64,000 bases of DNA from positions 262,762-326,761 of the IMG/VR virus record IMGVR_UViG_3300020429_000529. The stretch is one strand, 5' to 3'. Both the position numbers and the translations under genes were made by a program. Positions 25,422-34,006 of this stretch are shown in pieces. The stretch comes from a virus. The stretch's first letter is position 1. Each line of letters starts with the position of its first letter. The notes beneath the pieces were generated by a model. It was not told the DNA's origin. It saw nothing but the letters and a program-made list of their open reading frames with translations, and ran no database searches.

Positions 25422-26528
25422 GTGGAGGTCGTTTTGGCAATAGGCATCTCAACAGAGAGGGCTACCGAGCTTCTTTCGACAGTCGCTACGCCCAAAGTCC
25501 GTATGAAGGCTATCGGCGGCGCTCAACACCGATCTACAGCAGTTCTCAAAGAGGTTCAAGGCGATCATGCAATCGTCTTGCCCCACGGTCATCGGAGAAC
25601 AGAGCGCATTCCTCTCTCGGACCTGTCGGAATGGAAGGCCGCAAACGAATCAGGACACAAGAGGAAGACGCCTCCTCCGAAAGGGAAGCCGCAACGCCAA
25701 CCTCGTCTTCCATATCAGTCAGTGCAGCATGGTTCAGGAACAGAGCAGGCGACGAAGCATGTTGTCTTCAGCCGCAAACAGAAGGGCATGTTCGGAGGAA
25801 CCAAGCGCCGATGGACATCGCAGACCACGATGTGCATCCAATACGAGACAGAGGCAGGCGCAAAGAGATCGGCAGCCAAGCTTCGCAGAAACAACGAGTC
25901 AGACGACGCCGAGGTTATGACGGTTGTTGCAGGTCGCCAACTCGCAATCGAACTGCATCAGAAAGAGCCTGAGTCAATAGTTGTCGAGGAAGAGAAGCCT
26001 TCTGTCTCTTTCCCTTTCGACCAGTTTGCGGGAGATCTTCTCGAACCTTCGATCGCATCGATTCTGTCTCTCGACTTTGAACGCATGCAGTCTTTGGACG
26101 CTGGAAAATTTACTGCGGCCATGGACAAGCGGACCAAAGCAATCAGCGATCTTCTCGAAGTCAAAGACATGATGGTCGATGCCATTAATGCCGTCAAAGC
26201 AGCAGACGCAGAAGTACGAGAGGCAGCAAGGTCGGTCCTGGTCAGCGGCGACATCGATTTGGCAGAAGCCAATGGCAAGGCGAAATCGACGGTTGAAAAG
26301 CCAACCGCGCCAAAGATAACCGTCAAGGCAGTTGTCGAGGGGATTCTTCTTGAAGAGCCCAACTCGCTCTTCAAGAAACACCTGGTTACAAAGGTTGTTG
26401 ACACTGGAATTAGCAAGGCTAAGCATCCTCGTACCAGCGTCGGCATTGCCATCGGCAAGATGATCGAGAATGGGATTATCAAAGTCAACGGCAACAGGAC
26501 CCTGCAGTGGGTTGGCGATGGCGCATGA
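25422..26528 (+). CDS. hypothetical protein (start ambiguous: GTG 25422, TTG 25434 after GGAGG, or ATG 25503)
   Basis: 368-aa ORF; GGAGG at 25423-25427 favours TTG 25434. Confidence 0.45.
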   Translation: MEVVLAIGISTERATELLSTVATPKVRMKAIGGAQHRSTAVLKEVQGDHAIVLPHGHRRTERIPLSDLSEWKAANESGHKRKTPPPKGKPQRQPRLPYQSVQHGSGTEQATKHVVFSRKQKGMFGGTKRRWTSQTTMCIQYETEAGAKRSAAKLRRNNESDDAEVMTVVAGRQLAIELHQKEPESIVVEEEKPSVSFPFDQFAGDLLEPSIASILSLDFERMQSLDAGKFTAAMDKRTKAISDLLEVKDMMVDAINAVKAADAEVREAARSVLVSGDIDLAEANGKAKSTVEKPTAPKITVKAVVEGILLEEPNSLFKKHLVTKVVDTGISKAKHPRTSVGIAIGKMIENGIIKVNGNRTLQWVGDGA

Positions 26529-26552
26529 AAAAGGCGGCTTTCGCCGCCTTGA
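26528..26552. terminator. hairpin terminator between convergent genes (stronger for minus strand)
   Basis: aaaaaGGCGGCtttcGCCGCC; the minus-strand reading gives a T-run after the stem. Confidence 0.55.
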
Positions 26553-26572
26553 GTAGATTGCCTTGAAACGAG

Positions 26573-27262
26573 TTAGACTTCGTTCTGCGTGATGACGATT
26601 CGTCCGTTAGACTTGGACTCCGTATACTTCGGGTTTGTCCAGAAAACGCCGATTGTTCCGTCGCTGTTCTGACGCTCAACATAGCGGCGCTTGTAGTCGG
26701 GACCAACCGATCTCATCTTTGTTGAGGTCAGAAGGTTCTTCCATTCGCTCCATGTCTTGCCGTTCTCTCGGATACGGAACTCATAGCTATAGGTTCGGTT
26801 CAGGTCAATATCGATCTGACTCTTGTTGACGCTTTGCAGAACCTCAAGAGATGGGACAGCGAAGCCGTCATACGCTCGGAACGAGTAGATCAGAACAGAG
26901 TCGTTCTTGCGACGAATCTGCCAATCTGTGTAGGTATGGCTCGCGCTATCTGTAGAAACGGCAATGCGAGTTTCGTTGGGACGAGAAATCGGGTTTGCGC
27001 CAAGCGCTCCCCTTGCAACAGAGGTCGAGGACAGGAACTTATGGCTGATGGTAAAGGCCCTGAGCGGAACGCCGCCTGAGCCGCCTTCGCCTGCTCCAAC
27101 GCCGCCCTCTTCGCCTACCTGTCCTCCCATTCCTGGTTCGATCTCGCCGCCGCTAACCTCGCCGCCTTCAAGATCTCCGCCGCCAATGCTTCCTCCGCCG
27201 AGACTTCCTCCGCCGCCAACGCCTTTACCAAATACTGGCATAGCTCTGCCCTCCGAATACAC
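26573..27262 (-). CDS. Gly-rich N-terminal region plus C-terminal beta-rich domain protein (start likely internal MPVFG)
   Basis: GGGGSLGGGS repeats then a globular C-terminus. Confidence 0.4.
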   Translation of the reverse strand: MYSEGRAMPVFGKGVGGGGSLGGGSIGGGDLEGGEVSGGEIEPGMGGQVGEEGGVGAGEGGSGGVPLRAFTISHKFLSSTSVARGALGANPISRPNETRIAVSTDSASHTYTDWQIRRKNDSVLIYSFRAYDGFAVPSLEVLQSVNKSQIDIDLNRTYSYEFRIRENGKTWSEWKNLLTSTKMRSVGPDYKRRYVERQNSDGTIGVFWTNPKYTESKSNGRIVITQNEV

Positions 27263-27313
27263 ATAAGTTGAAGACTATGCCTCACTTTATTGCTTCCAGA
27301 GAACTATTCCTTC

Positions 27314-27871
27314 TTATTCAACGTAGATCGGGTCGATCTCATAGCCGGAAATGGCGCTGAGATTGGCCCAATCTCTTGATACAAGATATCCGGCTATAGA
27401 CAAGAACTCGTTGATATTTTCTTCATCGCTACTATTCAATGCGTGTTGATTCAGTCTCTTGGCTGCTGAAACAAGCGAGTTGTATCTGCCGTTGTCAAAC
27501 CTGTTGTATGTGTCTCTGAATGAGGCGAGCAGTTCCATCTTGACATCCGGGTCATCAATTTCAACGACATTTTGAAGGCCGAAGAAGATGCTATCAAAAC
27601 CTTCTTCGATAGCCTTTGTCGCTTGACCATAAATATCAGATACTATTTTGTAGATAGATACAGTTGCAGGAACTTCTTCTGATGCAAGAAGAACATATTC
27701 AGGATTGCAATCTGGTTCCATATCGGCATAGATAGCATCGATGCCATCCATTATGATTTGCATCTGCGATGTTCCAAGAGATCCTTCGGCGATCAAAAAT
27801 GGATCATCAATCGAACCGATGCCGTCTGGATATGTTTCGCTTACCAAGAAGTAGTAGATATCGCAAGCCAT
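27314..27871 (-). CDS. hypothetical protein sharing a C-terminal module with 29190..29915
   Basis: C-terminus SLVSAAKRLNQHAL...RDWANLSAISGYEIDPIYVE parallels GMLAAVKTLNRHVL...RSWQSLSRAAGFSISDDYVEG. Confidence 0.45.
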   Translation of the reverse strand: MACDIYYFLVSETYPDGIGSIDDPFLIAEGSLGTSQMQIIMDGIDAIYADMEPDCNPEYVLLASEEVPATVSIYKIVSDIYGQATKAIEEGFDSIFFGLQNVVEIDDPDVKMELLASFRDTYNRFDNGRYNSLVSAAKRLNQHALNSSDEENINEFLSIAGYLVSRDWANLSAISGYEIDPIYVE

Positions 27872-29187
27872 TATGGTGCTACTCCTGTCCTGATAAACTG
27901 CAAATGCCCCATGACCTCATCATAGAGAGTTTCAATTGTGCCGCCTCCGTCAAACCAGCTTCTAACAAAGACGATAGGTATTACTTCATTATGCAACAGG
28001 TCTGCAATGTAATACGATATGTTGGTAGAATCATTGCCGCTGTTTATCCAAACCAGATTTTTACCAAGAACGCTATCGGGAGAACTTGTAGCATCAGAAT
28101 ACCATTCAGGATTGGATCTCCACCAGCTTCGATCGACCATAACCCGATCCCATCCGTTATCACTATTCCAGTGAGTTTCCGATGTCGGATGTCTTGGTTC
28201 GCAGTAAACCTTTCTACCCTGAAGGGCCAAAAGTTTGCGGATCATGTCCTGCGCTTCATATCGAGCCTCTCCTGGTTCAATCCTTGGATTATCTTCAGTT
28301 GAGCTTGCTCTATACGGAACATCAAGACATAGTTCTAAGCGAGGATACCTGAGAATAGGCTTAAGCGATTTGAAGAATCGTTCAATAAAACTTCGCGCGT
28401 TTTCTCCTGATCTTTGCTCTATGTAGTTGTTGTCGCCTCTTAGCGTTCCCATGTAAACAAAAATTCTTACATTAGGATTGAGGCTAAACAAATACTCCAT
28501 TGCATCAAACCATTCATCTCTCCAAATACCTTGCTCTGGGTATAACTCTTCTGATTCAACAAACTGGTCAAATTGAAAGTCTGTATCGCCTGTATATTCT
28601 TGAGTTCTACCAAAAGGTGTCCATATGAACTGTTGATATACTCCTTCTTCAATACTTGGTCCAGGATTCGTGGTTGCAAAGTTCATATGACCATTACTTG
28701 CTCCCCATCCGAGACCAAGCGGATTTTGATCCGATGCAGAGTTTGCTCCAACGTTCCAGTATTGGATGAGCTTATTGCGACGAAAATCTTCGAATGACAT
28801 CTCGATTTCTTGGCCGCCAGTTGTCCCGATGCGACCTACAACCCGAAAAGTAAATTCAAGATCAGGTCCGCCTTCATCGTAGTTTATTGTGAACTCTTGC
28901 CAATATGCTCCAATATAATCACCGTCATGGATGTCTCCTCTTCTTGAGGCTGGTGTAATCGGTAACTCGTGAACATCTGGCGTTACAAAAGTGACAGGCA
29001 AAGAGTCTGAATCGACGCTTACGCCCCTCCCCCAAGAAGCGCTGCTAACGCTTTGCAAGGTTGTGCCTGCAGAGACAAATAATCGGATGGTCGATGGGCT
29101 TATCCCTGATTCAACAACAGCATCAGGCATGACATATGTCTCGCCATTGGCAACCGCATCATTATCGATTGTTATTGTGATTGGCAT
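27871..29187 (-). CDS. hypothetical protein (438 aa), W/Y-rich
   Basis: Long ORF; start overlaps the stop of the downstream gene. Confidence 0.45.
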   Translation of the reverse strand: MPITITIDNDAVANGETYVMPDAVVESGISPSTIRLFVSAGTTLQSVSSASWGRGVSVDSDSLPVTFVTPDVHELPITPASRRGDIHDGDYIGAYWQEFTINYDEGGPDLEFTFRVVGRIGTTGGQEIEMSFEDFRRNKLIQYWNVGANSASDQNPLGLGWGASNGHMNFATTNPGPSIEEGVYQQFIWTPFGRTQEYTGDTDFQFDQFVESEELYPEQGIWRDEWFDAMEYLFSLNPNVRIFVYMGTLRGDNNYIEQRSGENARSFIERFFKSLKPILRYPRLELCLDVPYRASSTEDNPRIEPGEARYEAQDMIRKLLALQGRKVYCEPRHPTSETHWNSDNGWDRVMVDRSWWRSNPEWYSDATSSPDSVLGKNLVWINSGNDSTNISYYIADLLHNEVIPIVFVRSWFDGGGTIETLYDEVMGHLQFIRTGVAP

Positions 29188-29189
29188 AT

Positions 29190-29915
29190 TTAGCCCTCAA
29201 CATAATCGTCGCTAATAGAGAATCCAGCAGCCCTTGAGAGCGATTGCCAGGATCTTGGGACCAAGATACCTTGATCGAAGAGAAAGGCATCCAGATTGCC
29301 GTATCCGCCCCTCAGGAGAACATGACGATTGAGAGTCTTGACTGCTGCCAGCATACCAGTAGGATTGCGATACGCATCGCTTACGATCTGGTAAGAATTG
29401 TAAAAAGGCGTCAGCAGATCGGCTTCTGGTATAAGATCGTTCAATCCAACAATTTCGTAGACTGCGCTGAAGAACTGCTCGACAGCTTGGCTGGTGTTCG
29501 TTCTTGTTTGGGCGTAAAGGTTGGCAACAGATTCGTATGTGTCTCGGTTGATGAGATTTTCATCAACGCCAATCACGACCACGTTGAACGTGAAGATAAA
29601 TGGAGTTGGGTTTGTCCCGTTGTGAGGAATGGAAATGTTTGCGAGGAAGCTGCCTTCGGTAGACAAATCAAATGTCAGAGTTCTCCCCAGGCTTCCTCCT
29701 CCAAAGATAAGCGCGCCGCTCGTTGTCCCATTAATGGAAAGAGGGCTTTCAACAGTGGTTTGACCGAGAGCAATAACAGAGTTTCCTACGCTCCGAATCC
29801 GAATTTGAATGGTATCGGTTCCTTCGGGTATATGCGGGAAAACATAGATACGCTGCCCGTTTTGAGGCAGGTCAAATCCGTTGGTATTGTCGAGTAAGGC
29901 GAGTTCACTTGGCAT
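29190..29915 (-). CDS. hypothetical protein (paralogous C-terminal module)
   Basis: See 27314..27871. Confidence 0.45.
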   Translation of the reverse strand: MPSELALLDNTNGFDLPQNGQRIYVFPHIPEGTDTIQIRIRSVGNSVIALGQTTVESPLSINGTTSGALIFGGGSLGRTLTFDLSTEGSFLANISIPHNGTNPTPFIFTFNVVVIGVDENLINRDTYESVANLYAQTRTNTSQAVEQFFSAVYEIVGLNDLIPEADLLTPFYNSYQIVSDAYRNPTGMLAAVKTLNRHVLLRGGYGNLDAFLFDQGILVPRSWQSLSRAAGFSISDDYVEG

Positions 29916-29965
29916 GGCTTAGCTCCATATCGTCTATACGACGATTTAAGCTTTGATGCCTTCGG

Positions 29966-30814
29966 TCAATTGAAGCAATCGTCGCCTCGATCGTCTGCCC
30001 ATTCGCTTTCATGAACAATCAAGACTTCGATCGCCGAATCCTTTGATCCGCCGGTCTGCATGTGCTTTTTGACTGTTCTGGTATGGAATGTGCAATCCAG
30101 ATCTTTGTAGAGATCCCGAATGACCTCGCCGTCGTAATAGCTGATTGCCCAACTCCCTTGGAGTTCCGCTACAGCATCTCTCATCGCCACATGATCGAAA
30201 CCGTCTTTCTTGTTGACATGGTAGAAGTCTTTTTCGACTCCCTCATAAGGAGGATCGAGATAGAAGCACGCCTGAGGCGAGTCCCACTTCTTGAGTAGCT
30301 CCCGATAGTCCAGGCACTCGATGTAAGCATCCTTCAGACTCGTTGCGGTTTTCTGGATGAGAGGCGGCAGCGTAGCCCATGTCATGCAGATATTTTCGCC
30401 ATGAAGAGAGATACACCAGTTACCTGTTTCTTTGCCGAAGATCGACTGACGGTTATAGATCAGGTAGTTTCTGGCCCACTCGACAGGATCCCCGTCTTTC
30501 CATGGCTCGGCAGGATCTTCGATGTAGGCGACAGCATTCGAAAACTCTTCTCGACTGTACGGAGTCAAGGCAACTTGATCGACAAGCTCAGTAGGGTTAT
30601 CTCGAAGGACTCGAAAGAAGTTGACAATATGACCGTCCAGATCATTGTAGATCTTGCGATACTTGCTCTTGTTGGATTCCTGACTCAGAGCAAGGCCAAC
30701 AGCGAATGAGCCGCCGAACGGCTCTACATAGATCGTATGGGAGGGGAGAAGTCCCCTGATCCATTGAGCCAGTTTAGCCTTACCTCCGACTCGCTTCACG
30801 ATCGTGTCTGCCAT
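29966..30814 (-). CDS. N6-adenine DNA methyltransferase, Dam/D12 class
   Basis: VEPFGGSFAV (motif I) and DPPY (motif IV). Confidence 0.7.
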   Translation of the reverse strand: MADTIVKRVGGKAKLAQWIRGLLPSHTIYVEPFGGSFAVGLALSQESNKSKYRKIYNDLDGHIVNFFRVLRDNPTELVDQVALTPYSREEFSNAVAYIEDPAEPWKDGDPVEWARNYLIYNRQSIFGKETGNWCISLHGENICMTWATLPPLIQKTATSLKDAYIECLDYRELLKKWDSPQACFYLDPPYEGVEKDFYHVNKKDGFDHVAMRDAVAELQGSWAISYYDGEVIRDLYKDLDCTFHTRTVKKHMQTGGSKDSAIEVLIVHESEWADDRGDDCFN

Positions 30815-31329
30815 CAGTTCCCGTCCCAGTTCTGCCAGTCAGCGTCTCGACGCTTGCGCTTCATGTAGAACCTGCCGGGCATCGTTGAATACTTGATGAT
30901 CGACTGAAACGCCTCGGTCGTGCCATGATTGGCGCATTTCTTGTAAACCGTCTGAGCGCGTTCTACGATGCTTCTATCGACAAAGAAGATGCCGTTTTCG
31001 TCAGCAGACACGATCGCATGTAGCGTGATGCCATCGTACTCTTGCTTCAGTTTTCTCTCAGGTATATGGAACGATTGAAACGAGAAAGGCTGCGTACCGT
31101 CTTTCCATTCTCCTTTGACCTCTACTTCGACCCGGTGAACAGTGTCATTGGTCAAGGGATCAAGAATGAGAATGTCAGCATACTCGCCTGATCCTATCTT
31201 GTCCTGGTGAGGGACTGCTTTCCACATCGGGAAGCGTGCCTGCAGCGCCTCGATGACGGCAAGCTTGCCCCGAGCATCATTATCTCGATGAGAGGTTGGA
31301 TCGAATGGCTTGTGAGAACATGACATCAT
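30814..31329 (-). CDS. PD-(D/E)xK-type nuclease-like protein, candidate restriction partner
   Basis: ADILILD...VEVEVKGE fits D-(D/E)xK; stop overlaps the MTase start (ATGA). Confidence 0.4.
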   Translation of the reverse strand: MMSCSHKPFDPTSHRDNDARGKLAVIEALQARFPMWKAVPHQDKIGSGEYADILILDPLTNDTVHRVEVEVKGEWKDGTQPFSFQSFHIPERKLKQEYDGITLHAIVSADENGIFFVDRSIVERAQTVYKKCANHGTTEAFQSIIKYSTMPGRFYMKRKRRDADWQNWDGN

Positions 31330-31369
31330 ACTGAATCATCGACCGATCCTAAATCGGGTGATTCAGAAG

Positions 31370-31804
31370 TCACTCTGATGAGTTGAGAGCGTTGAGCTTC
31401 TGTACCATTCTCTCAATCTTCACCCGAGTTTCTGCGATAGTCCGTGCCTCATCGAGCAAGTATGAAACATCAATATGACTCTTGTCGATGACGCCAGAGA
31501 TTCCGCATTTGAACAGCTTTTTCAGGAAGTCGTAGTCATTGAATTCCAAGATGACAAACACCGAAGCCTCGGGTTCGTGATCTTTGATCTTCTTGATTTG
31601 ATCGATGCAGGATTGCTGACTGTCCACATGCTGAGCGCATACATACAGGTCATGATCGAAGCTGCAGTTCTCAAAGTTGTCAGCGATCTGGATTCCAAGA
31701 TCAAGACCTTGAGAATGGCTCTCGATTTCTTCCAACAGTTCTTTGCGGAACTGCTTGTCATCATCGATTATGAGAACTTGTACGCCGTGAGGAGTCTTAG
31801 ACAT
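31370..31804 (-). CDS. stand-alone response-regulator receiver (REC)-like domain protein
   Basis: VLIIDDD acidic pocket, conserved Lys region; 144 aa. Confidence 0.45.
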   Translation of the reverse strand: MSKTPHGVQVLIIDDDKQFRKELLEEIESHSQGLDLGIQIADNFENCSFDHDLYVCAQHVDSQQSCIDQIKKIKDHEPEASVFVILEFNDYDFLKKLFKCGISGVIDKSHIDVSYLLDEARTIAETRVKIERMVQKLNALNSSE

Positions 31805-31854
31805 CGTTTCTTCATCCTTTAGGTTCTTCTTTGCAGATCCAAGGGTAAATACCT

Positions 31855-32331
31855 TTACGGGCCCTGCGTTGGGTTGGATGTCGAAGGCTGAGACTGAGGC
31901 TGAACTACCGTTGTATCAGGATCTTTTACAAGATTTGGCAAACGATACACAATTGTTGCAACGCCTCCGACAAGTCCTGTTAGACCGATAATGGCGCTGA
32001 CAATCAGAGCGATCCAGGTCTTTGGACTTTTTACGGTTTCGATAAACTTGTCAACCTTCTTGTAGAACTCTTTCCGCTCTTTGGCGTCGTCTTTGGTCTC
32101 AAGACGGCTCAGAATGTCCCTGAGCAGGTCGTTCTGTCTTTCATGAAGGTCGTTGAGCTTGTTTGTGACGGAGCCTCTGTTGTCTCGAATCTCTTTTGTG
32201 AGTTCGTCAACTTCGACTCGTTGTTCAGCGATCGCGGAACGCAACTGAGACAACGCATCAGCGTGTTTGACATTTTCATCGATCATACGATCGAGGAAGT
32301 TCAAAATGACCTGGTTCATTGAGTCTGACAC
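31855..32331 (-). CDS. coiled-coil protein with one TM helix
   Basis: Heptad-rich N-terminus, WIALIVSAIIGLTGLVGGVATIV helix. Confidence 0.4.
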   Translation of the reverse strand: MSDSMNQVILNFLDRMIDENVKHADALSQLRSAIAEQRVEVDELTKEIRDNRGSVTNKLNDLHERQNDLLRDILSRLETKDDAKERKEFYKKVDKFIETVKSPKTWIALIVSAIIGLTGLVGGVATIVYRLPNLVKDPDTTVVQPQSQPSTSNPTQGP

Positions 32332-32419
32332 TTGCCACCCCCGCGCCTGAAAACAACGTAGGCTACAAATGGGTCTTACGAGCGGGAAGGCTTAGATCCC
32401 TTCGCCCGAGTGTCAGCGG

Positions 32420-34006
32420 TTATTCAAATTGTGACAGCTTATAGATATGGCTTCCTTCGGGTATATGGTCTTCGGTAGACCACCCGTCGCTGAGGAACCA
32501 ATACCACTTGGTCGGATCTTGAGGATGGACATCATCTCCCATGCCGTCCGTGATAACGAAGACAGCATCAGGATATCTCTTGAGTTCGCCTTGCTTCAAG
32601 AGTTTTTGGACGTGCTTCTCAAGAATCCTGAACGACGTACCGCCTCCTCCTCGCAGATCTCCGCCATCGAGATCTACGGGATTTACCTCAGTGTCAAAGC
32701 AGAAAGTCTTGACATTGAACCTGTCAGTCGGCAATGATTTCGCGGCCTTGAAGAATCGTTCGGCAAGATGGAAGCATGATCCGCTGAAGTCCTGGTAAAA
32801 CACAACATCGATGCGTTCAACATCTTTGTGTTCGTCCGTATGCTCCGAAGGAACCATGAGATCCAGATCCAATGCCATCAGCCTTCGATTTTGTCTTGCC
32901 CATTGTTCAACAGAAGACTCATCAGACAAGTAGCGACGAGACCATTTCTTGATGATGGTCTCCCACTTGCGCTTCTTTTTGACTCTGCGAGACTCAGGAT
33001 GGAAGACGATATTTCCTGCGATGCTGCCAGCTTCTCGTCCGCCAACATCGCCGCCCTCGCCCTTATCCTTGTCCTGACCCTTCTTGTTGGCTGCGTTGCC
33101 TTCCTCGGTCTTGTTGATGCGCTTGTTTACGTCTTCCTTTTCTTCGTCGCTTAGACGCTCGTTGAGAGCATCGGAGATTTCCTTCTTGACATCCCCGTTA
33201 CTGAAGTCTTCGAGACCCGAGTGATCGTCAAGGACTCGACCCCCGACATCGCTGCCGAGACCGTCTCCCTGCTCATCGCCCTGATCTTCTCCGCCTTTGC
33301 CGCCAGAGCCCGATCCCTTGCCTTTGCCCTTGCCGAACTTGCCTCTGAGCTTCATTCCGCCGGATTCTTGGATGACGACATTTTGTTCGAGCAGATGGTA
33401 GTAATACTCGAACGGCTTGTTCGCCATAACCTGCGAAGCATGCTCTTTGAAGACGGTATCGATCCAGCAGAGAACCGTATCATCGCCTCTGTCGTTTGTT
33501 GTTGGTTCTCCTGGCTCGCACAGAGGGCTCATATCGATCGAAGCTCGATTGAAGCCAAACTTGCTGACCAGCATATGATTGACAACGATATCAAGAGCGA
33601 TATTGGCAAGCTGCGGAATGGGGCAATCTTTGCTCCGAATACCGTGATTGAGCATGACATGGAGACATTCATGACAGATGATGAATGCCTTGGTGTACGC
33701 GTTCAATCTCTCCCATGCAACGGGATTGAACATGAAGTCAGTGTTGTGGCCTTCTTGGTTGAACGCAACAGCAGCGGTAGGAACCCTAAACGTCAGAGAC
33801 GGCGTTCCCATGTCAAACAACTGGTAGAAAACGCCATGAAAATCTTCAAGATCGTTGGCGATCTCGCTTAGCTCATCATCGATGTTGAGGCGCAGCAGCC
33901 TCTCCCGCTCTTGTGGCGGCATCTTCTCAGGAGCATAGTTGACATGGAAGTCTTCGAACGAGTTGGCCGAAGGCAAGCCGTCTTTGACTGCAGGTTTCGC
34001 GCTCAT
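32420..34006 (-). CDS. VWA-domain protein with N-terminal putative HExxH metallopeptidase domain (DUF2201-like MoxR partner)
   Basis: CHECLHVMLNH HExxH; C-terminal YQDFSGS MIDAS-like and ITDGMGD; start overlaps the MoxR stop. Confidence 0.55.
   Translation of the reverse strand: MSAKPAVKDGLPSANSFEDFHVNYAPEKMPPQERERLLRLNIDDELSEIANDLEDFHGVFYQLFDMGTPSLTFRVPTAAVAFNQEGHNTDFMFNPVAWERLNAYTKAFIICHECLHVMLNHGIRSKDCPIPQLANIALDIVVNHMLVSKFGFNRASIDMSPLCEPGEPTTNDRGDDTVLCWIDTVFKEHASQVMANKPFEYYYHLLEQNVVIQESGGMKLRGKFGKGKGKGSGSGGKGGEDQGDEQGDGLGSDVGGRVLDDHSGLEDFSNGDVKKEISDALNERLSDEEKEDVNKRINKTEEGNAANKKGQDKDKGEGGDVGGREAGSIAGNIVFHPESRRVKKKRKWETIIKKWSRRYLSDESSVEQWARQNRRLMALDLDLMVPSEHTDEHKDVERIDVVFYQDFSGSCFHLAERFFKAAKSLPTDRFNVKTFCFDTEVNPVDLDGGDLRGGGGTSFRILEKHVQKLLKQGELKRYPDAVFVITDGMGDDVHPQDPTKWYWFLSDGWSTEDHIPEGSHIYKLSQFE

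Noticed and set aside
29966-30814. Dam methyltransferase as evidence of a complete R-M system
   Set aside because: Phages often carry orphan Dam-like methyltransferases for anti-restriction. The partner nuclease call rests only on a short PD-(D/E)xK-like pattern, so it is reported as a candidate only.
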